Both the position numbers and the translations under genes were made by a program. A DNA stretch of 64,000 nt from Macrostomum lignano (taxonomy: Eukaryota), in assembly GCA_002269645.1 (NCBI GenBank), contig NIVC01003894.1, forward strand, positions 7,076 to 71,075, read 5' to 3'. Positions 35,055 to 46,431 of the stretch are shown here, piece by piece. Numbering within the stretch: position 1 is the stretch's first letter; every line of letters begins with the position of its first letter. The notes under the pieces are model-generated. The model saw nothing but the letters and a program-made list of their open reading frames with translations, did not search any database and was not told the DNA's origin.

Positions 35055-35064
35055 TCATCCATCA
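35055..35064 (-). promoter_or_regulatory. Candidate Pbx/Exd-Hox1 bipartite site TGATGGATGA, with a TGACAG (Meis/Hth) site at 35194-35199
   Basis: Matches the TGATGGAT(G/T)(G/A) labial/HoxB1 autoregulatory-site type, ~2.5 kb 3' of the Hox1 stop; a short motif, so a chance match is possible. Confidence 0.3.
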
Positions 35065-35397
35065 GCGGCTTGGCTGCAGTGCCGGCCTCCAACCTTTTTA
35101 TACACATTAAATGGCGCTGAACCGGGCAAGAAGGATGGCGGGGGGGGGGGGTAGACAGCTGATCCGGCTTTGCTGGGCGTTGAAAATGCCGACCTGTCAG
35201 CGGGAGCAAAGTGCCGAGATTCAGCTACTAACAGAATCTCTTGCAGAGTCAACGAGCCTTCGAAAACTCTTCATCCACTTTGTTTAGCAGCTGCAAGCTT
35301 AATAAAATAAATGCATCTTTAAGGAGCAAGAGAGGCGGCAAACTAAAAGGCGAAAGTGGCAAACTGAAAGACAGGGAAGAGGGAAACTGGTGGAACC

Positions 35398-35733
35398 GCT
35401 GAGATGTCAAGGCTTGGGGGAATTGCTGAGATGTCAAGGCTTACTGGGGGAATCGCTGAGATGTCAAGGCTATGGGGGGAATCGCTGAGATGTCAAGGCT
35501 TACTGGGGGAATCGCTGAGATGTCAAGGCCATGGGGGGAATCGCTGAGATGTCAAGGCTTGGGGGAATTGCTGAGATGTCAAGGCTTACTGGGGGAATCG
35601 CTGAGATGTCAAGGCTATGGGGGGAATCGCTGAGATGTCAAGGCTTACTGGGGGAATCGCTGAGATGTCAAGGCTATGGGGGGAATCGCTGAGATGTCAA
35701 GGCTTACTGGGGGAATCGCTGAGATGTCAAGGC
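35398..35733. repeat. 27-30-bp minisatellite (GCTGAGATGTCAAGGC...GGGGGAATC) x~12
   Basis: Read directly. Confidence 0.93.
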
Positions 35734-35801
35734 AACGAAATAGGATTCACATCTAAAGGGGGGGCACTACGAGCGTAGATTACTAGTATAAATTAAAACG
35801 C

Positions 35802-37291
35802 TGGGGAACAGGGAAACTAAAAGACAGGGGAAGAGGGAAACTAAAAGACAGGGGAAGAGGGAAACTAAAAGACAGGGGAAGAGGGAAACTAAAAGGCAGG
35901 GGAAGAGGGAAACTAAAAGGCAGGGGAAGAGGGAAACTAAAAGACAGGGGAAGAGGGAAACTAAAAGACAGGGGAAGAGGGAAACTAAAAGACAGGGGAA
36001 GAGGGAAACTAAAAGGCAGGGGAAGAGGGAAACTAAAAGACAGGGGAAGAGGGAAACTAAAAGACAGGGGAAGAGGGAAACTAAAAGACAGGGGAAGAGG
36101 GAAACTAAAAGGCAGGGAAAAAGGGAAACTAAAAGGCAGGGGAAGAGGGAAACTAAAAGACAGGGGAAGAGGGAAACTAAAAGACAGGGGAAGAGGGAAA
36201 CTAAAAGACAGGGGAAGAGGGAAACTAAAAGGCAGGGGAAGAGGGAAACTAAAAGACAGGGGAAGAGGGAAACTAAAAGACAGGGGAAGAGGGAAACTAA
36301 AAGACAGGGGAAGAGGGAAACTAAAAGACAGGGGAAGAGGGAAACTAAAAGGCAAGGGAACAGGGAAACAAAAACGCTGGGGAAGAGGGAAACTAAAAGA
36401 CAGGGGAAGAGGGAAACTAAAAGACAGGGGAAGAGGGAAACGATAAGACAGGGGAAGAGGGAAACTAAAAGGCAGGGGAAGAGGGAAACTAAAAGGCAGG
36501 GGAAGAGGGAAACTAAAAGGCAGGGGAAGAGGGAAACTAAGGCAAACTAAAAGGCAGGGGAAGAGGGAAACTAAAAGGCAGGGGAAGAGGGAAACTAAAA
36601 GGCAGGGGAAGAGGGAAACTAAAAGGCAGGGGAAGAGGGAAACTAAAAGGCAGGGGAAGAGGGAAACTAAGGCAAACTAAAAGGCAGGGGAAGAGGGAAA
36701 CTAAAAGGCAGGGGAAGAGGGAAACTAAAAGGCAGGGGAAGAGGGAAACTAAGGCAAACTAAAAGGCAGGGAAAGAGGGAAACTAAATGGCAGGGGAAGA
36801 GGGAAACAAAAACGCTGGGGAAGAGGAAAACTGAAAGACAGGGAAAGAGGGAAACTAAGGCAAACTAAAAGGCAGGGGAAGAGGGAAACTAAAAGGCAGG
36901 GGAAGAGGGAAACTAAGGCAAACTAAAAGGCAGGGAAAGAGGGAAACTAAATGGCAGGGGAAGAGGGAAACAAAAACGCTGGGGAAGAGGAAAACTGAAA
37001 GACAGGGAAAGAGGGAAACTAAGGCAAACTAAAAGGCAGGGGAAGAGGGAAACTAAAAGGCAGGGGAAGAGGGAAACTAAGGCAAACTAAAAGGCAGGGG
37101 AAGAGGGAAACTAAGGCAAACTAAAAGGCAGGGGAAGAGGGAAACTAAGGCAAACTAAAAGGCAGGGAAAGAGGGAAACTAAATGGCAGGGGAAGAGGGA
37201 AACAAAAACGCTGGGGAAGAGGAAAACTGAAAGACAGGGAAAGAGGGAAACTAAGGCAAACTAAAAGGCAGGGGAAGAGGGAAACTAAAAG
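35802..37291. repeat. 24-bp purine-rich minisatellite (GGGAAACTAAAAG(A/G)CAGGGGAAGA), ~1.5 kb
   Basis: Read directly; the right half carries 10-bp GGCAAACTAA inserts and longer repeated blocks. Confidence 0.97.
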
Positions 37292-37536
37292 AGGGTACCC
37301 ATGTACTCAGACGCCTGTGTGGGTACAACGTCAGCAACAAGAAGACGGCTAGCACTGCATTGGTTATCTGGGCGAATGAAGCTGAAAAACAATGCTTTAG
37401 TATATTTTTGTCGTCACAATTGAAAGAATTTATATTAAAAGAAGAGTGCCGATCAGAGTGCAGGAAACAGAAAAAGGGTTGCAAGTTAAGGGCGCCTGGC
37501 TTTAGCGGGGTGTCAAGCGGGGTGTTAAACGAGGCG

Positions 37537-40196
37537 TCATCGATGCGTCAGCAGCAGCTCCCGCTGACGCCGCTTGTCCTTCATTCGCCGGTTCTGGAAC
37601 CAGATCTTCACCTGCGCCTCGGAGAGGCCCAGCCCGGCTGCGATCTCCAGGCGGCGCGCCCTGGTGAGGTACCGGCTGAAGTGGAACTCCTTCTCCAGCT
37701 CAGTCAGCTGTCTGTTGCTGAAACTCGTCCTGGACTGCTGCTGCTGCTGCTGATGATGATGATGATGCAGTCCCAATGCTTTTTCTTCATGCCGTTTCTC
37801 AACTTCTAAAAATTGTTTTTAAAAAATCTGGCAATTCATGACCAAGACAGCTCACTGTGCATCGCATGACCAACACAGCTCACTGTGCATCGCATGACCA
37901 ACTCAGCTCACTGTGCATCGCATGACCAACTCAGCTCACTGTGCATCGCATGACCAACACAGCTCACTGTGCATCGCATGACCAACACAGCTCACTGTGC
38001 ATCGCATGACCAACACAGCTCACTGTGCATCGCATGACCAACACAGCTCACTGTGCATCGCATGACAACACAGCTCACTGTGCATCGCATGACCAACACA
38101 GCTCACTGTGCATCGCATGACCAACACAGCTCACTGTGCATCGCATGACCAACACAGCTCACTGTGCATCGCATGACCAACTCAGCTCACTGTGCATCGC
38201 ATGACCAACTCAGCTCACTGTGCATCGCATGACCAACACAGCTCACTGTGCATCGCATGACCAACACAGCTCATTGTGCATCGCATGACAACACAGCTCA
38301 CTGTGCATCGCATGACCAACACAGCTCACTGTGCATCGCATGACCAACACAGCTCACTGTGCATCGCATGACCAACTCAGCTCACTGTGCATCGCATGAC
38401 CAACACAGCTCACTGTGCATCGCATGACCAACACAGCTCATTGTGCATCGCATGACAACACAGCTCACTGTGCATCGCATGACCAACTCAGCTCACTGTG
38501 TATCGCATGACAACACAGCTCACTGTGCATCGCATGACAACACAGCTCACTGTGCATCGCATGACCAACACAGCTCACTGTGCATCGCATGACCAACACA
38601 GCTCACTGTGCATCGCATGACCAACTCAGCTCACTGTGCATCGCATGACCAACTCAGCTCACTGTGCATCGCATGACAACACAGCTCACTGTGCATCGCA
38701 TGACCAACACAGCTCACTGTGCATCGCATGACCACATGACCAGGTGAATTCTCTGCATCCGATCGCGAATACTTAAAGCTTAGGCGCCTAAAAATCATAA
38801 CAGAGTAAAGTGCTCAGTGAACTCCCCAAAGTCGAGAGCTCGTTTTGGAGAGGCCAGCACGAAAGTCAGGCAACTGGCAGATGGGGGGACGTCCCGCGAG
38901 TCTTCCTGAACAGGCGCACTACCGCCTGCCCGCTTGAGGCTCGGGGGAAGCTGTGCATGGCTCGGGACCTAATGAGACGCTCCACAGATGTGTGGGCGGC
39001 TGAGCGACTGATGGAGCCAGAGAAGCGGGAGCGAGAGGTGGGAGGCGGACAGGTGGGTGACAAGTAAAGCCCGAGAAGCATAGACGTTGAACAAAGACTC
39101 CCTTAAGTCTCTGTCTCTGGTCTGGTATGAAAAGGTTTTCGATCTCCGTTTTCTTATATCGCTTGAATGAATTTTCCTCTTTGTGTACTTCTTGAGTGGA
39201 TGACTCTTTGAATTTTTCTGTTTAGCTACGGAACGATAAAATCCGGTCATCCTCAATGAAATCCGGTCAAGGAAGCCCCAAGCAAAGCCCCGGATCAAAC
39301 CGACTGAACTCATTAACTGGTCCGTTATGTACAGGCAGGTGCAAAGGTGCACAGCCAGCACATGGGTAAACTTGCTTTAAATTCGAATCAAGCAGGAGCG
39401 AATGGCTTTTTACACAGTTAATCCACAAGTTTCTCAATCTCAATTTGTTTTTCTATTCTTTTGTTTTTTTATTCGTTTGTTTTTCTATTCATTTGTTTTT
39501 CTATTTGTTTGTTTTTCTATTTGTTTGTTTTTCTATTCGTTTGCTTTTCTATTTGTTTGTTTTTCTATTTGTTTGTTTTTCCATTCATTTGTTTTTCTAT
39601 TCGTTTGTTTTTCTATTCATTTGTTTTTCTATTCATTTGTTTTTTTATTCGTTTGTTTTTCTATTCATTTGTTTTTCTATTCGTTTGTTTTTCTATTTGT
39701 TTGTTTTTCTATTCATTTGTTTTTCTATTCGTTTGTTTTTCTATTTGTTTGTTTTTCTATTCATTTGTTTTTCTATTCATTTGTTTTTCTATTCGTTTGT
39801 TTTTCTATTTGTTTGTTTTTCTATTCATTTGTTTTTCTATTCCTCACCATGAGAAGCTGCTGGTCGGCGGACGCTCAGCCACTTGAAGGCCGGCGTGGTG
39901 GCGGCAAATTCCGCAGCTGGCGTTCCCGGAGGTGGCGCATACCGGACAGCCTCGTCGCCAGAGGCGGCCTTCTGGCCGGGTGGCGCAGCTCGGAAGGCGG
40001 CCTGGACCGGCGGTCGCTTGCAGACGGGGCTGCTGGAGCAGCAAGAGCAGCTGGGCCAGATCTGCGGATGAGGCTGCAGGTGCTGCAGATGCTGATGCTG
40101 GTAATAATGCTGGGGAAACTGGAAAACCAGAGGCTGAGCTGGGTGACGGCAATGGCTGTCCACAGAATGCATTCCGCCGCTGCTTGCGTTGGTCAT
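37537..40196 (-). CDS. lab: Labial/Hox1 (paralogue group 1) homeobox protein, ~205 aa; exons 39848-40196 and 37537-37805
   Basis: Homeodomain [51 protein letters not shown] with PG1 signatures ([15 protein letters not shown]); hexapeptide-like AFKWLSVRR at the end of exon 1; phase-1 intron catg|gtgagg ... ttttag|aa. The start codon is less certain. Confidence 0.9.
37837..38735. repeat. 28-bp minisatellite (CAGCTCACTGTGCATCGCATGACCAACA) x~32 in the Hox1 intron
   Basis: Read directly; begins ~30 bp from the acceptor. Confidence 0.97.
39440..39841. repeat. 16-bp T-rich minisatellite (T(C/T)(A/G)TTTGTTTTTCTAT) x~25 abutting the Hox1 donor
   Basis: Read directly; explains the three F-rich spurious ORFs. 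Confidence 0.95.
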
Positions 40197-41052
40197 GAAA
40201 ATGGTTCACTTTGTTGCTGGCTGCAGGAACGCATTTTTGGGCTGGCAAAGTTTCGGAAGTCAGCAGGTGAGGATTGGGCAGCGCAGGGGCTCTCGAGCGC
40301 GGCTCATTGGCTGCGTTGGATCGGCGGCGAGCCCAGCTCCCTACAGGCTTCCCTGTCCCTGACTGACCCCTGCATTGCATAAGCATCGGATGGTTGCCAC
40401 AAGGCCACGTGGATTTCCTCTTGCTCATTCATTTTCCCCTCAAAACTTTTGAAACGAATCGGTATATAAATAACCTTTGAGATGGTCCCATGCTGCTCCT
40501 GTAGTTCCTTTTTACGCTTCTTTAGTATAAAACTGTTGTTTTTCTCCGTCTTTTTCTCATTTCCTCCTTCCTCTTCTGCTATTCCTTCTGTCTTCATCCA
40601 CTGCCCACTCTCCCTATCTTTACTTCCTTTCTGACCCTGCTCTCCTCTTTTGCTTTCCAAGTTCAGCTGCGAATTTTTTTTCCACTGTCGGATGTTAGTG
40701 CGCACGCACTAGTATTCATACTGTATATCCAAAGTTTAGTTAATCGTCTATGGTCTTTATTTTGAGGGCAGCGGCCATTGGAGGAAAGAATAGAGTGGAA
40801 TGCTAATCTGAGCCAGTTATTTTTGCTTTGCTCGATCTTCACTTTTAGCATCCCTTCCCCCCGTTCTTTCCTACTCATGGCTCGTGACTGCCATAGACAA
40901 ACTCGTTTTCGTCTCAGTTTTTGTTTTCTGGCAGCGAGGCGCATGTCAATTTAGTTGAGCTACACAAAAAACTGAAACTCCGAAAAAGCATATTTTGATG
41001 TGAGCTCGTACTATTCTGGGACATACCTTCCATACCTTTCATACATAACTTA

Positions 41053-41331
41053 CCTATGGATTCCCTGCCAAATTGCCTATGGATTCCCAGCCAAATTCCC
41101 TATGGATTCTCTGCCGAATTCCCTATGGATTCCCTGCCAAATTGCCTATGGATTCCCAGCCAAATTCCCTATGGATTCTCTGCCGAATTCCCTATGGATT
41201 CCCTGCCAAATTGCCTATGGATTCCCAGCCAAATTCCCTATAGATTCCCGGACCAAATTCCCTATGGATTCCCTACCAAATTTCCTATGGATTCCCTGGA
41301 AAATTCCCGATGGATTCCCTGCCAAATTCCC
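41053..41331. repeat. 23-bp minisatellite (CCTATGGATTCCCTGCCAAATTG) arranged as 69-bp trimers
   Basis: Three variant monomers recur in order, then degenerate. Confidence 0.92.
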
Positions 41332-42062
41332 AAACACGGTTGAACATTATAAAGTCCCGACAAATTGACTCGAATCAGGCGAATAGGGCGAAAGTTTTCT
41401 TCCATCTTTTGGGCCTCCGGCCATGCAGTTATTTTTTTAGCTCTTCATGCTTGCTCTGCAAAACTTCAAAGCACAGCCGCCTGTCTTTTTATAGCAATCC
41501 ACTGAACCCTTGTAAAGTTTAGCAACAACTCCGTAAGAAGCCAGTTGGCTACTGCTGCAGTCGTTTTCGGAGTGTTTGGCCAATACTATAATAGACAAAT
41601 TGACACAAAGAACCGGCTCTCATTGACTGAAGTCAGTCCTGCAGGAACAGCCGCTCCGTGCAGACACTTCATGCTTGACAGTCCAGATTGTTTACTCGGA
41701 TGCGCCTGAATGGCTAAATGAAGCGGCTGCTGTGCCACCATGTTTACGGAAAATCAAGAGAATGCACCCTCCGCAGCCCCCAAATAACAGTTTAAGAAGC
41801 TGACATCTGATGGTTTTGACATCACAGGAGCCGCATGCTGCATGCGAGGCTTCCCTCGCTTCAACAAATTCCACTTTGAAGTTGCTGCCGGAGGCCACCT
41901 AATTTGAATTAGTGCCGCCCACGCACTGGTGCAAAGCATTATTCCGAGTGATCCGTATACAGCTTATTGTTGGCAGCTCTATTCTACATGTATGCAGCAG
42001 TCAGATGTACATGTAGAGATACATGTGGTTGTGGAAGTTTAGACGACGATCGAATGTCATAT

Positions 42063-42240
42063 CTCGTACAGCAGTCCGGCGTCAGCGACGTCTGGCTGCG
42101 ACGTTCTTGACGTCTATCGACGTCGGATGACAATAAATATGTGCTTATTATGTTACATATCGACGAACGTCAAAATGTATCTGCCATTACGTCGGAAACA
42201 TCGGCAACAAGACGTCGCCGACGTCGGATTTCTGTACGGG
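42063..42240. mobile_element. MITE-like element, 178 bp, 31-bp TIR (C(T/C)CGTACAG...)
   Basis: The arms differ at 5 of 31 positions; TSD unclear. Confidence 0.65.
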
Positions 42241-43361
42241 TATACAAAGGACCATATACAGTGGTCCTTAAAATTAAAACCTCATACAACTTAAAATTGC
42301 TAAAGCGAGGACCCATTGTATCATAATGTTACCTTTTGCTATATTTCATTTGCAAGTCAACAGTTGAGTTAACAGTCTAAAAAACACCGGCTTTAATGCG
42401 TATAAACAAGACAAAAATAAAGGAACATTATGGCTTATTTTTTGGGCTGTCATCTAGTGACTTTATTAAGGAAATTCAATATTTATACTATTGCAAAGAG
42501 AAAAATTTATTGTTAACGAAGAAACATATCTTATTATTTTGACTTCCATTTTCGTAAGCATTTTTTTCATTTTTGCTTTAGTTGTACGTACGGTCCTGTC
42601 CTGCAGCAGCACTGGGCAGTGACAATTATATTAGTATATTGCCTGTAGAACTGTAAAACTTCATATTTAATATGGCTGTTTGAACCGCGTAGCTGCATAG
42701 TTGGGTTACAGTCATTTCGGCGAAAAGACACTTTCGCCAATAATGTAACCGGCACCTGCATTATTATCTGTACTGTTAAGTGTAGTATGGTTGTGACTGT
42801 GAGGGATACCCGTTGTGAGTAGGTTTGAGTATGTTTGAGTATTGGTTAAAGAATTTAGCTATCTCCTTACATTAATCTTATTCTTAGGTTATGTCTTAGG
42901 GTTATGTCTGGCATAAGGCACCCACCTTTAAAAGCTTAAAATTATTCAACTTGTTTAGTATGGCCTTGCATGAGGCATGAGCTATCTTTTTTCTAGTTAG
43001 TCTATATAGACTATATACAGTAAAAGCTTCTGTAGCTTAGCTTAGCTGCTCATAATTGCTGATGCCCAAATAGAAAGTCAATTTTATACATAATTAGGCC
43101 TAGACAGATCCAGCATGCAGCATAGACTTCTTGCATAGAGTTAGAAGAAAAAAACCATGTACTATTATTTAGGTTTATAGTAAATAGGCCTTAGTGTTGC
43201 ATTTAGCACAGGTTTAAAAAGTGTACAAGACAGGTTTTGATGGGCATGATGTCTAGCCTATTTTATTATTAAGTTACAGGCCCTAATACAATATGAAAGA
43301 AGGCACATTAAATTGAACACTTGTTATAATACTTGGGAGCAACCTAAGGATTTTCCCAGCC

Positions 43362-43465
43362 ATTTCTATTGGCAACACACATTTAAGTTGCTATTAGACA
43401 GAATAATAGTCACGTGACTGCTCTTAGCCAATAGCGAATTATATGTGCATGTTGCCAATAGAAAT
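43362..43465. repeat. Short inverted-repeat element (16-bp perfect arms ATTTCTATTGGCAACA; central GTCACGTGAC palindrome)
   Basis: Arms at 43362-43377 and 43450-43465. Confidence 0.7.
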
Positions 43466-46431
43466 TGCCAAGTGATTCCCAAGGTCACGCATGTATATTT
43501 AATTATATATCATTGGTACTGTAAAGTATTATATTCTTTTTTTATGAAATTCCTTTGAAAAGGTTTTTCTAATGCTAAATATTGCATGTGCATAGATATA
43601 TATCATATGTATCCCACCCTTCTATATATATACTCTTATATACATTGTATAAGTTATATCTTTAATGAAAGTTGTATGAATAGGTTCACTTTTTTCTATA
43701 TAGAATATATTTCAATTTTTTTGCATTAATTCTATTTATGTTAAAATAAGAACTAGGAAAAATTTGTTGTTATCTAACTAATTTTATTATTAAATAGAAT
43801 AAATGTTAAATAGATTCTATTTTAGCCTTTTAATTTAAGGTAGCCTATAAAAACAATCTTTATAGATTTGATTATTTTTAGAATCTATAAAAAATAAATA
43901 GCATTTCAGTTTATTAGCCTAACAATATTTAATATGACAATTAATATAATCAGATATAAGATTAGCCTTCCTTTTAAGAACTATAAGGAAAAACTTATTA
44001 AAGTATTATTTGTTATTAAATATTATCTATGCTATATTAGGCTTTTCTTATATAAAAACAATTATCAAATACACCTAAAACTAAAGATATTATGAAATAA
44101 ATTTATTCCAATAATTAAGTCTATAAGTATAGAATATATTACTTAACTTAATAATATGAAATTAAGATACCAAGTCATTTATATGAAAAAGAATTTCTAA
44201 ACATTCTTTGCTTGTAGAAAAAAAACTAAATATTAAAATATTTTAGTTATGTTTAAAACTCAAATAAAGTCCTTCTATATGATCTTTGCCTTGCTCTATG
44301 CATTTCTGATGATAGTAAATCCATGCCTTAAAGGCTACACAATACTCAATAGCTAGCATAGTCTTGAGCTCTAAATTGATACAGCAAACTAGATCTTAAG
44401 GTTGCTAAAAAAATGGTACCCTACCCTGTATTCTATTAGCTTTGAGAAGGCTCAGAAGTTATTTCTTAAAGTAATTAAAAAATAGATCCACAACACCAAT
44501 GCAAAATAAAGTAGTTCAAATGCACAGTAAACAAGACAAAAGTATAAAAAAGTACAATGCAATGCAACATTGTTCCAATGCATAATGCAAAAAATTATAA
44601 TTTGAAAAAGTATGAAGCATGGTAGAAAATAATAGATAGTAACCAATATTTTGAAACATTCTAAACATTCTAAAACTCTATATTCAAAGTCTTAAATGAT
44701 ACTTACATTATTCCTATAGTATTGCACCACATTAATCTGGCCACACTTCTAGCATTGTCACTTATCAATTGCAGCATGCCATAAAATGTGATACTACCCT
44801 CTATTGCAACACAATATTGCTTGCCTTCTTAAATCTGCACAATATGACACTGAAAAATATTTAATAGGTGATAGACAACCATCCACATTGTTTAACTTAT
44901 TCCAATTAAGAAAGTCACAAGGTTCCAAGTTAGGGCTAAGGCTTTAAGGTGGTTGCAGTATAACCTTAAGCTTATTGTCTACCATTTGCCTTATAAGAAC
45001 CAAGGACCAAAGACAATATAATAAAACCATTCTTTATTACCTGTCACAATGTCAATAAGTTGCTTGGTACCACTTTCACCAAAGTAGGATAGAAATTCTT
45101 GGCTATATGAAACTTTCTTTTGCTTCTGCTTCAAGGCTTAATAGTCAGCACATAAGGCAACTAGCCAGCAATGACCTTGCAAAGGCTAAGATGTTCATGC
45201 AATATTTGAATTTAAGTTCATTAGCTCCCGCATTGCTTAGTTATAGATACAATTAGTTTTCCAAAACAAGTATTATTAGTCATAAAGCATAGGCTAGCAC
45301 TAGTTGATTAAATCTAGTAGACAACAGTACAATACAAAAGGGCCTAACCTTCTGTGACTTGAACCAAGTCAAGGTGAATTTTGTGGCATTCTTGCCAAGC
45401 AGTGACCTCATGAAAACAAAATTGCCACTGAGCAATATGTTTTCCATTTTAAGGCTGAAAAAACATACAATATTATAATTAAATAAGTCTAGTAAAATAA
45501 CAAATTCATGTAATAAGCTAAAGATATACAAATAGACTTATTGTGACACTAGTCATCTGATCAAAAATGTTGCAATTAAATTTTAACAAAAAAGTTATAC
45601 GCCAATTGCTGAAACTTTTTGCATTTTAGTATAATAAATAGCTAATATTATATTAGAGATCATATATGATATTCTGACTATGTTTGTTATGAATTTGGGT
45701 TGGCAATTAAAAGTTATTATATAATAATATAATATTTTGATTGGCTTATATTAGTCTTAGGAATTCATTGGTCTAAAAAGCTTAGTATGTATATGAGAAA
45801 TATTTTGTTCTTAAGGCATAATCTTTGCATAATCTCTGTTATTAAGCTAACTTTTGGATAAAGGGCTTTAAAGGTATCTATAATTAACTTGCCATTCTTT
45901 TTTAGGTGTATAAAAATTGTTATTTACATATCATTTTTATAGCCAAGTACTATATGTACTATAATATAAATAACAAAGTCTATATAAATCCTAACTCAAC
46001 TATATGTTAAATATTTTTTACATTAATAAAGATCAGATGAAAAATATCAATAGTTTAAGAAAAAGTTTTAAAAGATAAGTTGTATGCTCATATTTTCTAG
46101 TACTGAAAATATTAATAAAGCTATATTGTTTAATTTGTAAATAATAGCTATGGTATCAGACATTTTTTTACTATACAATAATACCTAATTAGTATACTAT
46201 TATTGGAATGTTTGTTAAAATCTCTTTTAGCAAAGATCTAAAAGTCTTTGCAAAGATACTAGGATGTAAAATTGAAAAAATGATGAATTCTACAAAAGTA
46301 TAGCTTCTTATAATAATCATACACTTTTATTTTTATTCTATTCTTTGAATACCTTGTCATAATCAAATAAAAGTGCACATGCCCATTATTATCAATAGTT
46401 TTGTTTTTCATTTGCATGCAAGCCATGACTG

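Noticed and set aside
35783-36355. 190-aa (SFSFPLPL)n ORF
   Set aside because: Simply the stop-free pyrimidine strand of the 24-bp minisatellite.
39402-40382. F-rich 'membrane protein' ORFs in three frames
   Set aside because: Translation of the 16-bp T-rich satellite running into the antisense of Hox1 exon 1.
44422-44430. TACCCTGTA match to the 5' end of miR-10 near a Hox gene
   Set aside because: Only 9 nt match, the rest diverges, and no hairpin partner is evident.
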